NCBI RefSeq assembly: GCF_009834535.1
Contig: NC_045698.1
Coordinates: 9,116,001-9,180,000 of the forward strand
DNA length: 64,000 nucleotides
Reading direction: 5' to 3'
Source of the DNA: Camelus ferus
Taxonomy: Eukaryota
The translations under genes and the position numbers were made by a program. Positions 37,604 through 50,056 of this stretch are shown piece by piece; the stretch's first letter is position 1; every line of letters begins with the position of its first letter. Below the pieces are notes generated by a model. That model made no database searches. It was not told the DNA's origin and worked only from the letters and a program-made list of their open reading frames with translations.

Positions 37604-40597
37604 AATAATTTTGATAGGGATTTTTCTTTCTAGAAGCAAGAAGGGAACCAAAATTATATATACAAGTTTATCAACAACCTTCCATGTTAGAAATAAATTC
37701 ACAAATTTTAGTAAAAGAGCTTTATATTTGAATAATAAAATGATTTTAAAGATTATCTCCAATAATATTGTTTAACAGTGTCAAATTTTATAGACTGTTG
37801 TTGTAATTAAGGAATATGTCTGTTGTACAAACCTTCATAATGCTGAAAACCGTGGTGCAATTCCTGAGTGGAGCACTAAATTCTACTTTGCCAATAGAGA
37901 TACATCAGCTTAGCCATCTGCCATAAATTCCCACAGATGTGGCTATTAGTAGAAACCTCTGACTCAACCCAACTCTAAGTCAAGATGTAATTTGTTACAC
38001 GATCTGTTGTGATGGGAAGGGAGAGAATCAATTTTCATTTTGGAGCAAATGGAATAAATCTGCACCTGCAGTTGACATGGAGGTCACAGCCTCATCCCAG
38101 GAATGCAGAATAAGCCACAGATGTTCCTAGCTTTATAATTTCTAGATTTGATTACTATAATTCACTGAGTCTACATACCTGAAACTACTCACCCAGTGAC
38201 TTCAGCTGGTACAGAATGAAGTGGATCAACTATACAAAGCTGACGATTGGTGACACCACTTCAATACAATGTCACAGACATTGTGTCTACTTAAATGATA
38301 CTCCACCATCATTTCAAATGACCAAGTAGAAGAGCTTGTCATAAAGCATTTGAAATGGTCTATGAACCTTCAAATGAACTAGAACAAAGGTAGAAGAGTT
38401 CTCCTTTATTGCATACTTACTGTATACCAGGTAGTGATACATAGGTATACAGAAGCAAACTCAACTAGCTATTTCTTTTCAGGATTACAACAATCCATTA
38501 TTTGGCCTTTATTATTTTCATATTTATACCAGGATTTTGAAACTGAAAGAAAAACATGGCAAAAAAATACAAGCTAGAAAATGTCAAGACTGAGTTGAGG
38601 CTGATTGATTTTAAAATCAAACTCAATTTTCTAAAAAGCACAAGTACATGCAATTTTTCAATTATTCTGGCTATAATTTCAGTTCTCGAGGGCAGGCTTT
38701 AAAAATATTTATTTTCTGATTAGAGTAAATATCATAGAAATACAGCTTTTTATTTATCTATATTATGTCTTTTAAAGTTATAGCATGTATAATATAATAA
38801 AATATTTACCCTAACAAATATGTTTTACTTAAACAAAGAATAACTTTTAAATATGAATGAGAACTGGAAAATATTTTTCTCCTTCAAAGACATAAATAAA
38901 AAGTGAGATGAAAACCATGTTCAAATTGTAATTCTTTTCATGAAAATTTTGCCGACTGCCATTATTATCATTATAATGAAAATGCTTCTATTTCTGTGAG
39001 AGAGGAACTTTTAAAATCCTAGGGAAAGAATAAGGAAGGATAGAAAATGTGGGACCACCCATCATCTCCTCCATTTTTTCTTTTATTCGTCTTGCTCCAT
39101 AGATCTATTTTAAAATGACTGAGAGGTTGTTTGGTGATTATTTCGGAAGTCCTGTAATGAAATGTTTCATGGGGAGGCAGTAAGTCAGAATGGGCAAGAT
39201 ATGGGTTGGAGGCAATGGTCCTCAACAGACATGCTTCTAGAAGTTGGAGATTTCTTTTTTAAATGGTAGTAGAGAGTTTGGCCATTACTGTTTAATTTGA
39301 CTCAGACCTATGGGGTAAGCACACAGAAGTGGATTTGCAGATATTTATTGTCCAGCTGAATAGCTGTCAGGTCATTATGTGATGAGTCATTTTGCAGAGG
39401 CTGACAGGCTGTGGTCAGGTTTATGGGAGCAGGGTCAGCCCCCCCAAGTGACAGAGGCATGTGGGAGGCAGATTGTTCAGTGCTGTGGGACAGGGTGCCA
39501 TGAGTGAAAGAAGAAACAAAATTATCCTGACAGAACCAGTATGATGGTCACAGATGGAAGCCTGCAGCTTGGTGGAGAAGCCAAGGCAGAGCATAGCAAC
39601 TGAACCCAGTTGCTTTCTGTCTTGTAGGTATGAGGTTGAGAGTTTTCTGCAGACCTAAGTTAAAATGGGCTGTTATCTGGTGGAGGGGCTCTTCCTGTAG
39701 GTTAAATTATTTTACAGACTATTGATGAAGTGGACTTGGAGAAGATGGTATTAAAATCTTTTCGCATAGAACTTTTAGTATAATCTTTTAGTTTAGTAAT
39801 GAAACTATAGAACATTATAGAATGAATATCTAAATTTGCTTTGAAATCTATCTGAAAGTGAAAAGAAGGAAAAGACGGGGAAAGATTAAACCCAGTTATT
39901 TAGGGTGTACGCTTGTCATGCTGGAGATCCAGCAAGGACAGCTGAATGACATTTCTATCACAGCAACAAATCCATCTTGCTCTGAAAAAACTGCTGCTTA
40001 GTAAGGTGAGGTAAGGACTGGGTCACAGTTACAGAAGTGTCATATTTACTGCATGAACCAAGGTTTGTCTGACAAGCTCTGTCTGAGGAGAAAATTCATG
40101 AGCTTTCAGAAAGATTAACACTTCTGATGTTCCGTTTCTCCGTGTCTGCTTCTCTTTCCAATACCACTGATCCATCCTAGACTGACTTTTAAGAATGTGT
40201 GAGAAGTGCATTTAACACATGAAAACAAGTTCCAATTCCCTGCAAAACATGAGCAATAGAATTGTGTGTGGATAAAAAAAGTTTTTTTGAAAACCAAAGG
40301 GACAAAACCATGCTAATAAATGAGAACTAGTTTATTTTGGCTAGAAACACAACTTTCAGATGCGTCATTGAACTAGACCCTCAAAAAGGCAGGAAGTGAT
40401 CATTTATGCTGTATATTAACTGATTTTTAATAGCTAAATAATTAATCTTTGATCTCTGTTACTATCATGCTCCAAATATTACTACTTATTTTTTAGTAAT
40501 GTGTTAGAAAACCAGTAGATGATTATGATGGTCAATTTGAACATTTAAAAAAGTGTAACAAATGAATAATAAAAATAACTAGTTTTCAATACCTAGA

Positions 40598-40682
40598 TTA
40601 GGGGTCAGCTGACTGTGGTCTGCTAGCCAAAATCTCAAATATTTATTGTCTTGCTCTTTACAGAAAGAATTTGCAACCCTTG
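40598..40682 (+). mobile_element. MER58-like hAT MITE, internally deleted
   Basis: Termini 'taggggtcagc' and 'tttgcaacccttg', with the internal block 'aaatatttattgtcttgctctttacagaaa'. Confidence 0.65.
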
Positions 40683-41555
40683 ACATAATGGCTAATACTT
40701 TTTACAATTGATTCCATTTCGCTGTTTCTTTGTGCATCGTATGTTTCCATTTACTAATATTATTTCAATGTTATTAAATATTCTAAATTCTAAATATCCT
40801 ATATTGATTTTCCTGAAATGAACTAAAAGTATGTATATGTATATAAATTTATGTGTGTATATATTTCATATTTATATAATTGTATATAATATAAATTATA
40901 TATTTACATAAAATAGATTTATGAACTACTTTGAAATTCTAGTGAAAACCAGTAAAATAAGATCCAGCTCAAATCATACCTTTGTATTAATTACAAAACC
41001 CTTTTTCTATCTCTGGACACTTGTCGCCTTTTGCAAAGAGATAACATAAAAAATATACTTATCTGTGTTGAGTATGGATGAGAATTGAACCTCCCCAAAT
41101 GATGTGATACTAATCTTCCACAAGTGTATGTGACAAGGCTGAACTTATTTGATACCATAATCAGCTCTGGCAAAGGAAAGCCATGGTCAAATACCATGAG
41201 ATGAGTAAAATTATAATTCAGAATTATTTATATTAAAGTGAAAAAAGAAGAAAAGTCAAATACTAAATACTAAAAAGACATATTCATACATACAAATTGG
41301 TACGTATACATACATACACCAAATGCAAATATGCACATTTATATCTATATTTATCCATACTGAGATGGCTGTTAAAATGAGAAAATTTACAATCCTTGCC
41401 AAACGTCTTAGTTGTTTTTAAAGTTATGTGTGAGAACACGTATGTAATAAATTTCCCTTCTTAACCTGTAGTTTCATTTACTCATCCAACCCCTATGGCC
41501 CTGTGTACCAAGGTCTGTGCTAGGTGCTGGGGCTATTGTAGCTCAGTTTAGAAGG

Positions 41556-41680
41556 TTTTTTTAAAAAAAATTTTTAGGGGGAGGTATTTGGTTTATTTAT
41601 CTATTTAATGGAGGTACTGGGGATTGAACCCAGGACATCATGCATGCTAGGCAAGTACTTTACCACTGAGATATACCCTA
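41556..41680 (-). mobile_element. tRNA-derived SINE (camelid Vic-1-like), inserted into an L2 tail
   Basis: 'gggggaggtatttggtttatttatc...ggaggtactggggattgaacccagg...tttaccactgagatataccc'. Degenerate TSD tttagaagg/tttggaagt. Confidence 0.9.
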
Positions 41681-41824
41681 CATTTGGAAGTCTTTAATTT
41701 GAGACATTTAGCAGACCTCTGTGGAGTTATAGAACAGGAAATTAAATTAATGAATTTAGAGTTTAATGGTCTGAATGGATTATTTTGATCACCTCCTATT
41801 CACCCTGTTGGAGAGCGAGGAATC

Positions 41825-41940
41825 CCACCCTGTGGTTATGGGGGCAAACACCACCACTCAACATGGAGCAGATGAGATCCATCACTGTTTACTCATCACA
41901 CGTACTCACACCCTGGGGGAGGAGACGCGTGTGGGGCCAA
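41825..41940 (-). mobile_element. ERVL LTR fragment (MER74-like)
   Basis: 'gcagatgagatccatcactgtttactcatcacacgtactcacaccctgggggaggagac'. Confidence 0.55.
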
Positions 41941-41949
41941 ATGAAATTA

Positions 41950-42270
41950 ATGGTAGGAAGGGGACCTACTTTGGACCAACTAGAGGGAAGCCCAGGAATT
42001 ATACTTACTAACTTGTTGGTAACGTACACCACCTTCATGTCTCTGGATATGAATAAGAAATATGTCATCACCCCAGATGTTGACAGTCATGTTGCTACCA
42101 AGTCAGTCTGAGAATGGAGTCAACACACAGAGAGCATGACAAAATTAAGAGCCATAGAGGAAAACAAACTTAAATTGAAGTCTTATTTGAGGCACAGTAT
42201 TTCAGTGATATCAGGGATAGAGTTCCTTTACTGCTTAAGCCAATTTAATTTGGTTTTCTGTTACCCACAG
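41950..42270 (+). mobile_element. Old MaLR LTR fragment (MLT1J/K/L-like)
   Basis: 'tctgagaatggagtcaacacacagagagc...ttcctttactgcttaagccaatttaatttggttttctgttac'. Confidence 0.6.
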
Positions 42271-43089
42271 ATTTAAGCATTTTTCAGAAGCTGTACTTTT
42301 GCACCTGCAAACTTCTTCATAGAAGGCAATTTTGAGAACTGAGAAAAGCAAATAGTTGTTAAATATTTTGAGAAACAAATAAATACCAAGGAGCAGATGG
42401 TTGCAAACAGGTTCTATGGGCCCTCCTCAAGGAGCTAGCTGGTCACCAGTTCACAAGAATATTGAAAAATAAGACGATGAGTGACCACCCTACCATGTGG
42501 GTCAGCGGATTTGTTCTCCCAGTATATTTCCACTCTGGTCCTTGCTCAGTGAAATCTCTTGTTCCTCACTGCCTCCTACTGCAATAATATTTAATATAAA
42601 GTCCTTGTCTTCACCAATAACTTACCTTCAGTTCTGCTTTGAAACATTCTTTTGAATATTCATGTGGATTGTATATGTTCTCCAGTTTTGTAATTTTCAA
42701 TATTTTAAATTTACCATACATGTATTTATAATTTTATGCAATTTATCCAGTCAATTCTTTTTTATTATCAAGGCTTAGTCTCTTGTGACAGAAAAGCTAT
42801 TACTTATGCAATTAATAAAATATTTGGATGTTTGTGAATAGTAAAAATTTTTAGATATTCCAGTTTTAAAAACTCTAAATTATTTGGAATTTTGTTTCAT
42901 AAATGATTGGAAGAAGACATATGAAATGTTTTTCTTCTAAATTCATAACTTTAAACTCCTTTCTTGACTGATTTAAAAAAATGAGGTTTTTCATGCAATA
43001 AAAACTTACACATTTATATGTTTCTCTCTTTTTATATTTGCTATTGTTGTATTTCTTCACTCTTTGTTCCCTATGAGGAAACAATCAAA

Positions 43090-43960
43090 TGGGATATAGT
43101 ATAATTAAGCATCCTTTAAAAAAGTATTTTAGATATTCTCATATATTCTTCCCCATGAAATTTAAGATTAATTTACCAATTTCTCACTCAAAGAAGAATG
43201 TTGATACTTTTCTTTCAAATTACGTGAAATTTATATACTATTTTGCCATGTTATGTGGTTTATATCACCATTTAGTCCTATTTTGAAAGAGTAAAATATT
43301 TTATGGTTTCCTTTTCTAATTTCTTATAAAATTTATTTCTGTGTAACTTAAAGTTTTATAGTTTTTGTGACTGGAATTTGTTTTTCATTGTATTTCCTAA
43401 TTGATAATTTCTGCTACATATTCAAGCTATTGAATTTTGCTTATCTATGTATAAAACAATACCCTTACTGAAATCCAGGTAATGTAATAAATTTCCTAAG
43501 GTTTTTAATGTAGAGAATCTTCATACAATACAATGCTTTTGTTTCAGTATGTGCAACTCAGGTCAAAGCATGAAAAATAACTTTTGAAAAATAGCCATGG
43601 ATGCGGTTATTTATATCTAAAATTATGTTTGTGTATATATTTTGGATATAGATATTTATTTTAAGTTTTATATTTCTAATCACATTGAGTAAGTATCATT
43701 TAATTCATTTATAATGGCTTTTTTTAGTTGTGTTATATCTATCAGCACATTTGGTAAAAAGTAATTTTTTTTGGCTTTAAATATGAGTCCGGTGAAACGT
43801 TAAAATGCTTTCCAGGGGTGAGGGCTCCTAGTGTTCCTGAAACAATGCTATTCAGGCTACACTGCTTGTTTCATTTAGTGCTGGATACTGTTTGTTACCG
43901 TTTTGCTTAAATTTTTTTTTCATCAAAATACATTGATAAATTTCATCCACTGCTTGTTCT
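43090..43960 (-). mobile_element. Decayed L1 ORF2 fragments
   Basis: T-rich strand with 'ccatgaaatttaagattaatttaccaatttc' and 'ttgataatttctgctacatattcaagctattgaattttg'. Confidence 0.55.
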
Positions 43961-44034
43961 TCATGGAATTTTATTTGAGACTGGCAACAGGATTCTGTAC
44001 AACACAAACTCTATGGCGTAGTTGCTACTCCTAA

Positions 44035-44210
44035 GGGCTTTGAATTTCTACCGTCCAGCTTTTGAATCCCAGCTTTGTCGCTTTCTAGCTTGATCATCTA
44101 AGATAATGCGGTTATATCTAAATGGATCTGTTTCCTCATGCTAGAAATAGGGCACCCATAGCGTTTTGTGAGAAGCAAATGAGGTAAGTTAATAAGTTAC
44201 TAATAATCAA
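44035..44210 (+). mobile_element. MIR
   Basis: 'tttgaatcccagctttgtcgctttctagct...ctgtttcctcatgctagaaataggg...ttgtgagaagcaaatgag'. Confidence 0.75.
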
Positions 44211-47009
44211 AGCACTCTTTCTTAGACTTCGTGTGGCTCCTCGCTTTCCAGGTTTGGACCAAGGGAGAAGGCTAGAACATTTCAGATATGCATCAGCTTG
44301 TTAGGAAGAAGAAGGTCATCGCAATCAGTGTGGTTTCATCCTCTGTTGAAGAGGCTATTTCCTTGGTTTATGGCAGACGTGGGTTAGCTTGAGTAGTGCT
44401 GCCATTCTTTGCTGCACTAGCCAGGATCAAGCAACGGAAGACCCACCCCCCAGCTTTGACTACTACGGCTGCCTTCCCTTTTCATATACCACCCTGCAGT
44501 CTGAATATACTTCCTAGAGTTACCGCCGGGATCATAATAAGCCCCAAATCTGAGCCTTAACCTGCAGCCCTTGACATTCTGAGTTTACTGGTCTTGCTGG
44601 GGAACGGTCCACTGACTTCCCTCATACGCAGACACTCACACATTAGTTCGATTCCCCTTCATTTTGATTCATTTTGCAGTATTTCTGAGATTTCTTCTCT
44701 GATGACGAACTCCATTTTCTTTTTAAAGGAATAATTCGATTTTCTTCTCAGTTTTGTATCCCATTTATCATCTCAGTGGGGAAAAACTGAAGGCTATTAA
44801 TAGGTATTCCATCCTCATCTTAGAGTCATCTTTATGTTTTACACCAACAGATACTCTTTTATATTTCATTATTACAATTACTAGGTCGTGATGTGGTTCG
44901 TCAGAGTCGACAATAAAGAAAACCGAGCAACATTTGAGATTACAGCATCTGCTCTGACCAATTTAATTTCTCCATAGTAACTATTTAGGGAAAAGTTCAT
45001 TGTGCTTTAGAATGGTTGGAGAACAGCTGTTTTGGCAAAATATATCCCTGTCAATATTATATCCTGATGCTAAATGACTGTGTTAACTGACTGTTGTATT
45101 CCTGTGATGAAAACCTGTTAAAGGCTATACCAGCAACTCACATTGAAGGAGCATATTTGCATATTATATTACAGCACAATAGTTAGTGAAGTAAAAGGTG
45201 ACACATGGTAAATGCTTTAGAAATACATCTAGTGGCATTTATGGAGCAGTGGGTAACAATATGGATTAGTAAAATGTATGCATAATAGTAGTATTTAAAT
45301 ACATAAGGTACAATTTGACCATAGAAGTGTGCAGAAGATGGGTTTCAAAAAAAGACAAGAAAGAGAGAAAATGAGAACAAAGCTAGCCGATAGGAGTCTT
45401 TATATTTTGCTATATATTTTTTCAGCTTTTTAAGACTTTTCAGGAAATACATGATTATTGCTACCCAAACAGGTAAACAGACTAAGATAATTGAGGATTT
45501 TCCATTAGAGAACATGTGGACACTTACTTATTTTATGAGGTTAAAGATATCTACACACACAAGCATTTTACATATATTTTATACATATTTTGTAAAATGT
45601 TTATTATGAACCTTATCCTAATTTACTACATAGTTATGTTACTTAAAAGCAACTGTAACTTCAAGAATTTGCTCATGGTATAGTCTATGTTAAAACCCTT
45701 AAAGAATCTCATAGCTTTAAGCCAGCTATTCAGCTTCCTAAAAGTTATCTAAGAAAATGCAGAAACATTGAAATATATTAAAATATCCTAAATTTTGCAA
45801 ACAATAAAAATAACGTGTCAAACAATTGGAGTTGCAGGTTTATTTTGTGTTCTATCTGCATTACTATTTTATTTGAGTAAAATAAGTCTATTTAAAATAA
45901 ATTTTTCTTTTTTCACTTTTCTGAGAGTTTGTTTTTTTTTTTTATCTACCAACCTCTTCCTCACAAACATTTTGGCTTGCCATCACCCATCTTCTCATAT
46001 ATCCATCCAGTCATTTAACATATATTTATGCAGTAAATATTATGTCTTCTAGGCAAACAATTGGAGAATTAAAATACAAAAATGCTAACACAACACATGG
46101 AAATATTATGCAGCAGTTATAGTTGTGTTATGAAAAATTCCATTTCTGTTAGGAATTGCTCCCATTAAAGCTAAATTTTAAAAGCATGCAAAAGTATACA
46201 TAATAAAAATAAGAAAACATAATTTTAAGACAAAACTACAAGATAGTATTGAGAAAATTTTGAAAACTAGAGAAAATGGATGATTTTCTAGTTAAATGTA
46301 AATTACCAAAGGTTATTTCCCCATAATAACAACTATACTATCATTATTATTTTCTATTATAGAATAGACTTCAACCTTTCTACTTAATTAACATCTTGGT
46401 TTTTCTACATAATAGATTTGCAATTATTTTTTAAAATAGCAACAATTTATTATATTATGTTCAAGTGATCTTTTATCACAACTGTTAGATTATGAATAAA
46501 TGAAATCATATGTTGTCTATGTGTTCCTTGGTATTTACAAAAAGGATGATTTATTTCCTTTACAGAAGCTCATAAAAAGGTGGATGTAATTATGGTAAGT
46601 GGTTATGTAAATTCCAATAGTAAAAGTAAATTAGTTCTCCCAATGAATTTCAATAAGTTTTTAAATCCTTGTGAGATGAGATACTCATTTCTTTGTGTAT
46701 AAGGTTTATAAAAATTACTCAATTGGCATAATTAAATATCAATTTACATCCTATTAGGAAAAATTGTATTCTTTTTGTTTCTTTCATAAACTAATAGGTT
46801 GTAAAATATAAATTCAAAAATGAATATAGATTAATGTGTAAAAGTTAATTTTAAAACACTTCTCTATCAGATTGTATATATTGTCGTTTAATATAAAATG
46901 ATGGATAGATATGTAATATTGTAGATAAATCACTCTATATGTATAGACAAGAACTTACACATTATTCAAGTATTGAAACTTGTTCATGTACGTGGCTTAA
47001 AAAATTAAG

Positions 47010-47750
47010 ATAGTGAGAAATAATATCCAGAGTTTTATGGCAATATCCAGATTGCCCAAATTTCAATTAGAAATTGCTCATCATCAAGAACCAAGGTCTC
47101 AAATTGAACAAGTGACAGTAAGTATATGCCAATAATAAGATGACAAAGATGTTAGAATTATCTACCAAAATGTTAAAGCAGATATCATAAAAAGACTTCA
47201 ATAAGCAATTAAATCCTTGAAACAAATGCAAATGTAGAAAGCTATGACAAATGAATAGGTGAAAGATTCTCAAAGAAATAGGTGACACAAGAAAAGAATA
47301 TCAAACTTTATGACTGAGTAATCTTCTAACAGAAGAGGGGAAAAAGCTCCCAGTGGATGGGCTCAACAACACAGTCGAAAGAACATAGGAAAGAATTAGT
47401 GAACTGGAAGACAAAACAATAGAAATTACCCCATCTGAAGAGTAGAGAGAAAACAGATGGAAACAAAAAATGAACAGAGTCTCAGAGACCTGTGGGACTA
47501 CAACAAAAAATGAACTATTCATGTCAACAAAGTCATTAAAGGAGAAGAAAGAGGCGGTACTGGATAACTAATCAAAAAAAAAAAAAAAATGATGGCTGGG
47601 AAATTCTCCTACTTGACAAAACACATACAACTACAGACTCAAGAAACTGAGTGAATTCCCACAAGGATAACTTCAAAGAAATCCATCCCAAGACACTTAA
47701 CAATCAACTCCAGAAAAGTAAAGACAAAGGAATAATATTTGCAACATCAG
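47010..47750 (+). mobile_element. Old L1 ORF1 fragment
   Basis: 'ggatgggctcaacaacacagtcgaaagaacataggaaagaattagtgaactggaagacaaaacaatagaaattacc' reads DGLNNTVERT*ERISELEDKTIEI. Confidence 0.85.
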
Positions 47751-47985
47751 TGTGAAGGGCACAATGATAGGTCTCCAAAGGTGTCCCCATCCTAATCCTG
47801 GGACTTCTGAATATGTTACCTTATACGGTAAAGGGACTTGGCAGATGTGATTAAGTTAAGGATGCTGATCTTACTCTATATCATCTGAGTGTACCCAATA
47901 TAATCCTAAGATTCCGTACAAGAAAGAGACAGGAAAGTCTGAGTCAAAAAGGGAAGTAGAAGGAATGTCATTTCTGGAAGGGGTC
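47751..47985 (+). mobile_element. MLT1D-like LTR, 5' part
   Basis: 'cctaatcctgggacttctgaatatgttaccttatacggtaaagggacttggcagatgtgattaagttaaggat'. Confidence 0.85.
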
Positions 47986-48443
47986 AGCCATGAAAAAGAA
48001 GGAAATCCTGCATTTGCAACAACATGGATGGACATTGAAGGCATTATGCTAAGTAACATAAAGTCAGATAGAAAGATGAACACTGTGTGATTTCCATATA
48101 TGTATAATCTAAATAAGCCAAACTTATAGAAACAGAGAGTAGAGCTTGTAGTTTTCAGAGTATGGGAGATGTAGTAAGCAATCTTATGGTTACTGGGGGA
48201 GAGGGGGTAGGAAGGGATGAATTTGAGATTTTGAGATTTGCAAAGGTTAGTCACTGTATAAAAATAGATTAAAAAAACAAATTTCTTCTATATAGCACAG
48301 GGAACTATATTCAGTATCTTGCAATAACCTTTAATGGAAAAGAATATGAAAACAAATATATGTATATATACGCATGACTGGGACATTGTGCTGTATACTA
48401 AAAATAAACACATTGTAACTGACTGTACTTCAAAAAAAAAAAA
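47986..48443 (+). mobile_element. L1 3' end: an older-type segment to ~48170 followed by a young camelid-type 3' end with poly(A)
   Basis: 'catttgcaacaacatggatggacattgaaggcattatgctaagt', then 'cttatggttactgggggagaggggg...cattgtaactgactgtacttc' plus poly(A). Confidence 0.88.
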
Positions 48444-49533
48444 GGCTATGCATTAGAAAACATGGTATCTTGAGTCAGAAGTTAAGTTGTAGTAGAAGCA
48501 GATTCTTTTTTTTTCTCTCAAAAGAATCCACTCTGGAAGAAGAACAAAGAGAAAGAAACCCACAAAAAATACTAAATAATCAAATAGCTTTTCTAAACTA
48601 ATCTGATGGTCTACTCAAATGTGTAAGCTGCACTGATTTTATGCATTTTTAAATTGTTAATGTAATGTTCCTGTGTCTATTTTTTTCAAAATTATTTTCT
48701 GTAGGACTCCTTTATGAAGGCCAGATAACGCTCATGTTTTACCTTGTAAATGATTGAAAGCATTTCATTTTATCATATATTAATTTGAGTTTCTTCCAGC
48801 TTTTACTGACAATGCAAAAGTTCAAGGCATTTTTTAACATCAAACTGAGGCAATTATATTCAATATAGAATTTATGCCAATTGCAACATTATAAATATGG
48901 TATCAGTTCAGCGGGAGTCGTAGATTACTGTGAGTCAAACGTTAAAGAGTGTCTGCCTCTCTTATTTTATTTGTTAGTATACATATTAAGCTGTAACAAC
49001 CTTGCATTTGTTTTAATAAACTAGAGATATGAAGGTTTTTCATATCTTTGCTACATCATTGATAATTTTAATTACCAATTTGTTGAAGTAGCAGTGCTTT
49101 GTTACTAACACATGGAAATGACTGAAGTTAAATAGGTGAAAAGGTGCCTATTTTTCTGAGACAATTGTACTGCTTAAGAAACCAGAAATCTTGGTTAAAA
49201 ACTATCGTTTCAATCCTTGGGCAAAAGATCTCCCTAGAAAAGGAAACAGGCTGGGAAAACTGCATGAAATCTACGGTGGACTTACTCATAATGCTCTTCC
49301 TGTGTGACCAAAGAGGGTAATAAGTAGGCAGAAGCTCTTTGGCCACATAAGGATTCAGATGATTGTGGAGAAACATGGGGAATGAGAGACAAAGGTGTTT
49401 CCTCCAGAGAATTGAATGACTACTTCCTCATGGAACGTTCATGCCTTCAGGACTGTGGACCATCTCCAGATCTCATAAAACTGATTTCAGGACCACCGTG
49501 GCCCTACGTCTTCCCTTCTTCCTATTTCAAAAA

Positions 49534-49564
49534 GTGTGTGTGTGTGTGTGTGTGTGTGCGCGTG
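49534..49564. repeat. (GT)n microsatellite
   Basis: Directly visible. Confidence 0.97.
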
Positions 49565-49706
49565 CCTGCATGCATACTGTAGAGTTAAGATAACTTGATT
49601 AACTAGCTCATAAACTTCAAACTAAGAAAAGGAAGTTTGAGATAGGGTGTAGAAAAGTCTGTGCATGAACCAGAAATTCGGGACATTCATCTGGATACAG
49701 TGATGG

Positions 49707-50056
49707 CATCTTAATCCAGTCAAGCTGCTAAAATGAAACACAACAGACTGGGTAGTTTACACAACAAATATTTATTTCTCAAAGTTCAGGAGGCTGGCAA
49801 ATCCACGTCTCAGGTGCTGGCAGATTTGGTTATCTGGCGTGGACTAGCTTCCTGGCTCACGAACAGCTTTCTTTTTCCTGTGTTTTCACATGGAGAAAAG
49901 GGGGAGGTAACTCCCTCCAGGCCTCTTTTATAAGGGCATTAATCCCATTCAGGAGACCCTCAGTACCGCCCAAAGGTCTCACCTCCTAATACCATCACAG
50001 TGGGGATTAAGTTTCAATCCATGAATTTTGGGGGGATACAAACATTGTCCACAGCA
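49707..50056 (-). mobile_element. MaLR solo LTR (MSTD/MLT1A0-like) with a perfect 5-bp TSD
   Basis: GATGG at 49702-49706 and 50057-50061. Contains 'ggcctcttttataagggcattaatcccattca...cctaataccatcacagtggggattaagtttcaa'. Confidence 0.92.
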
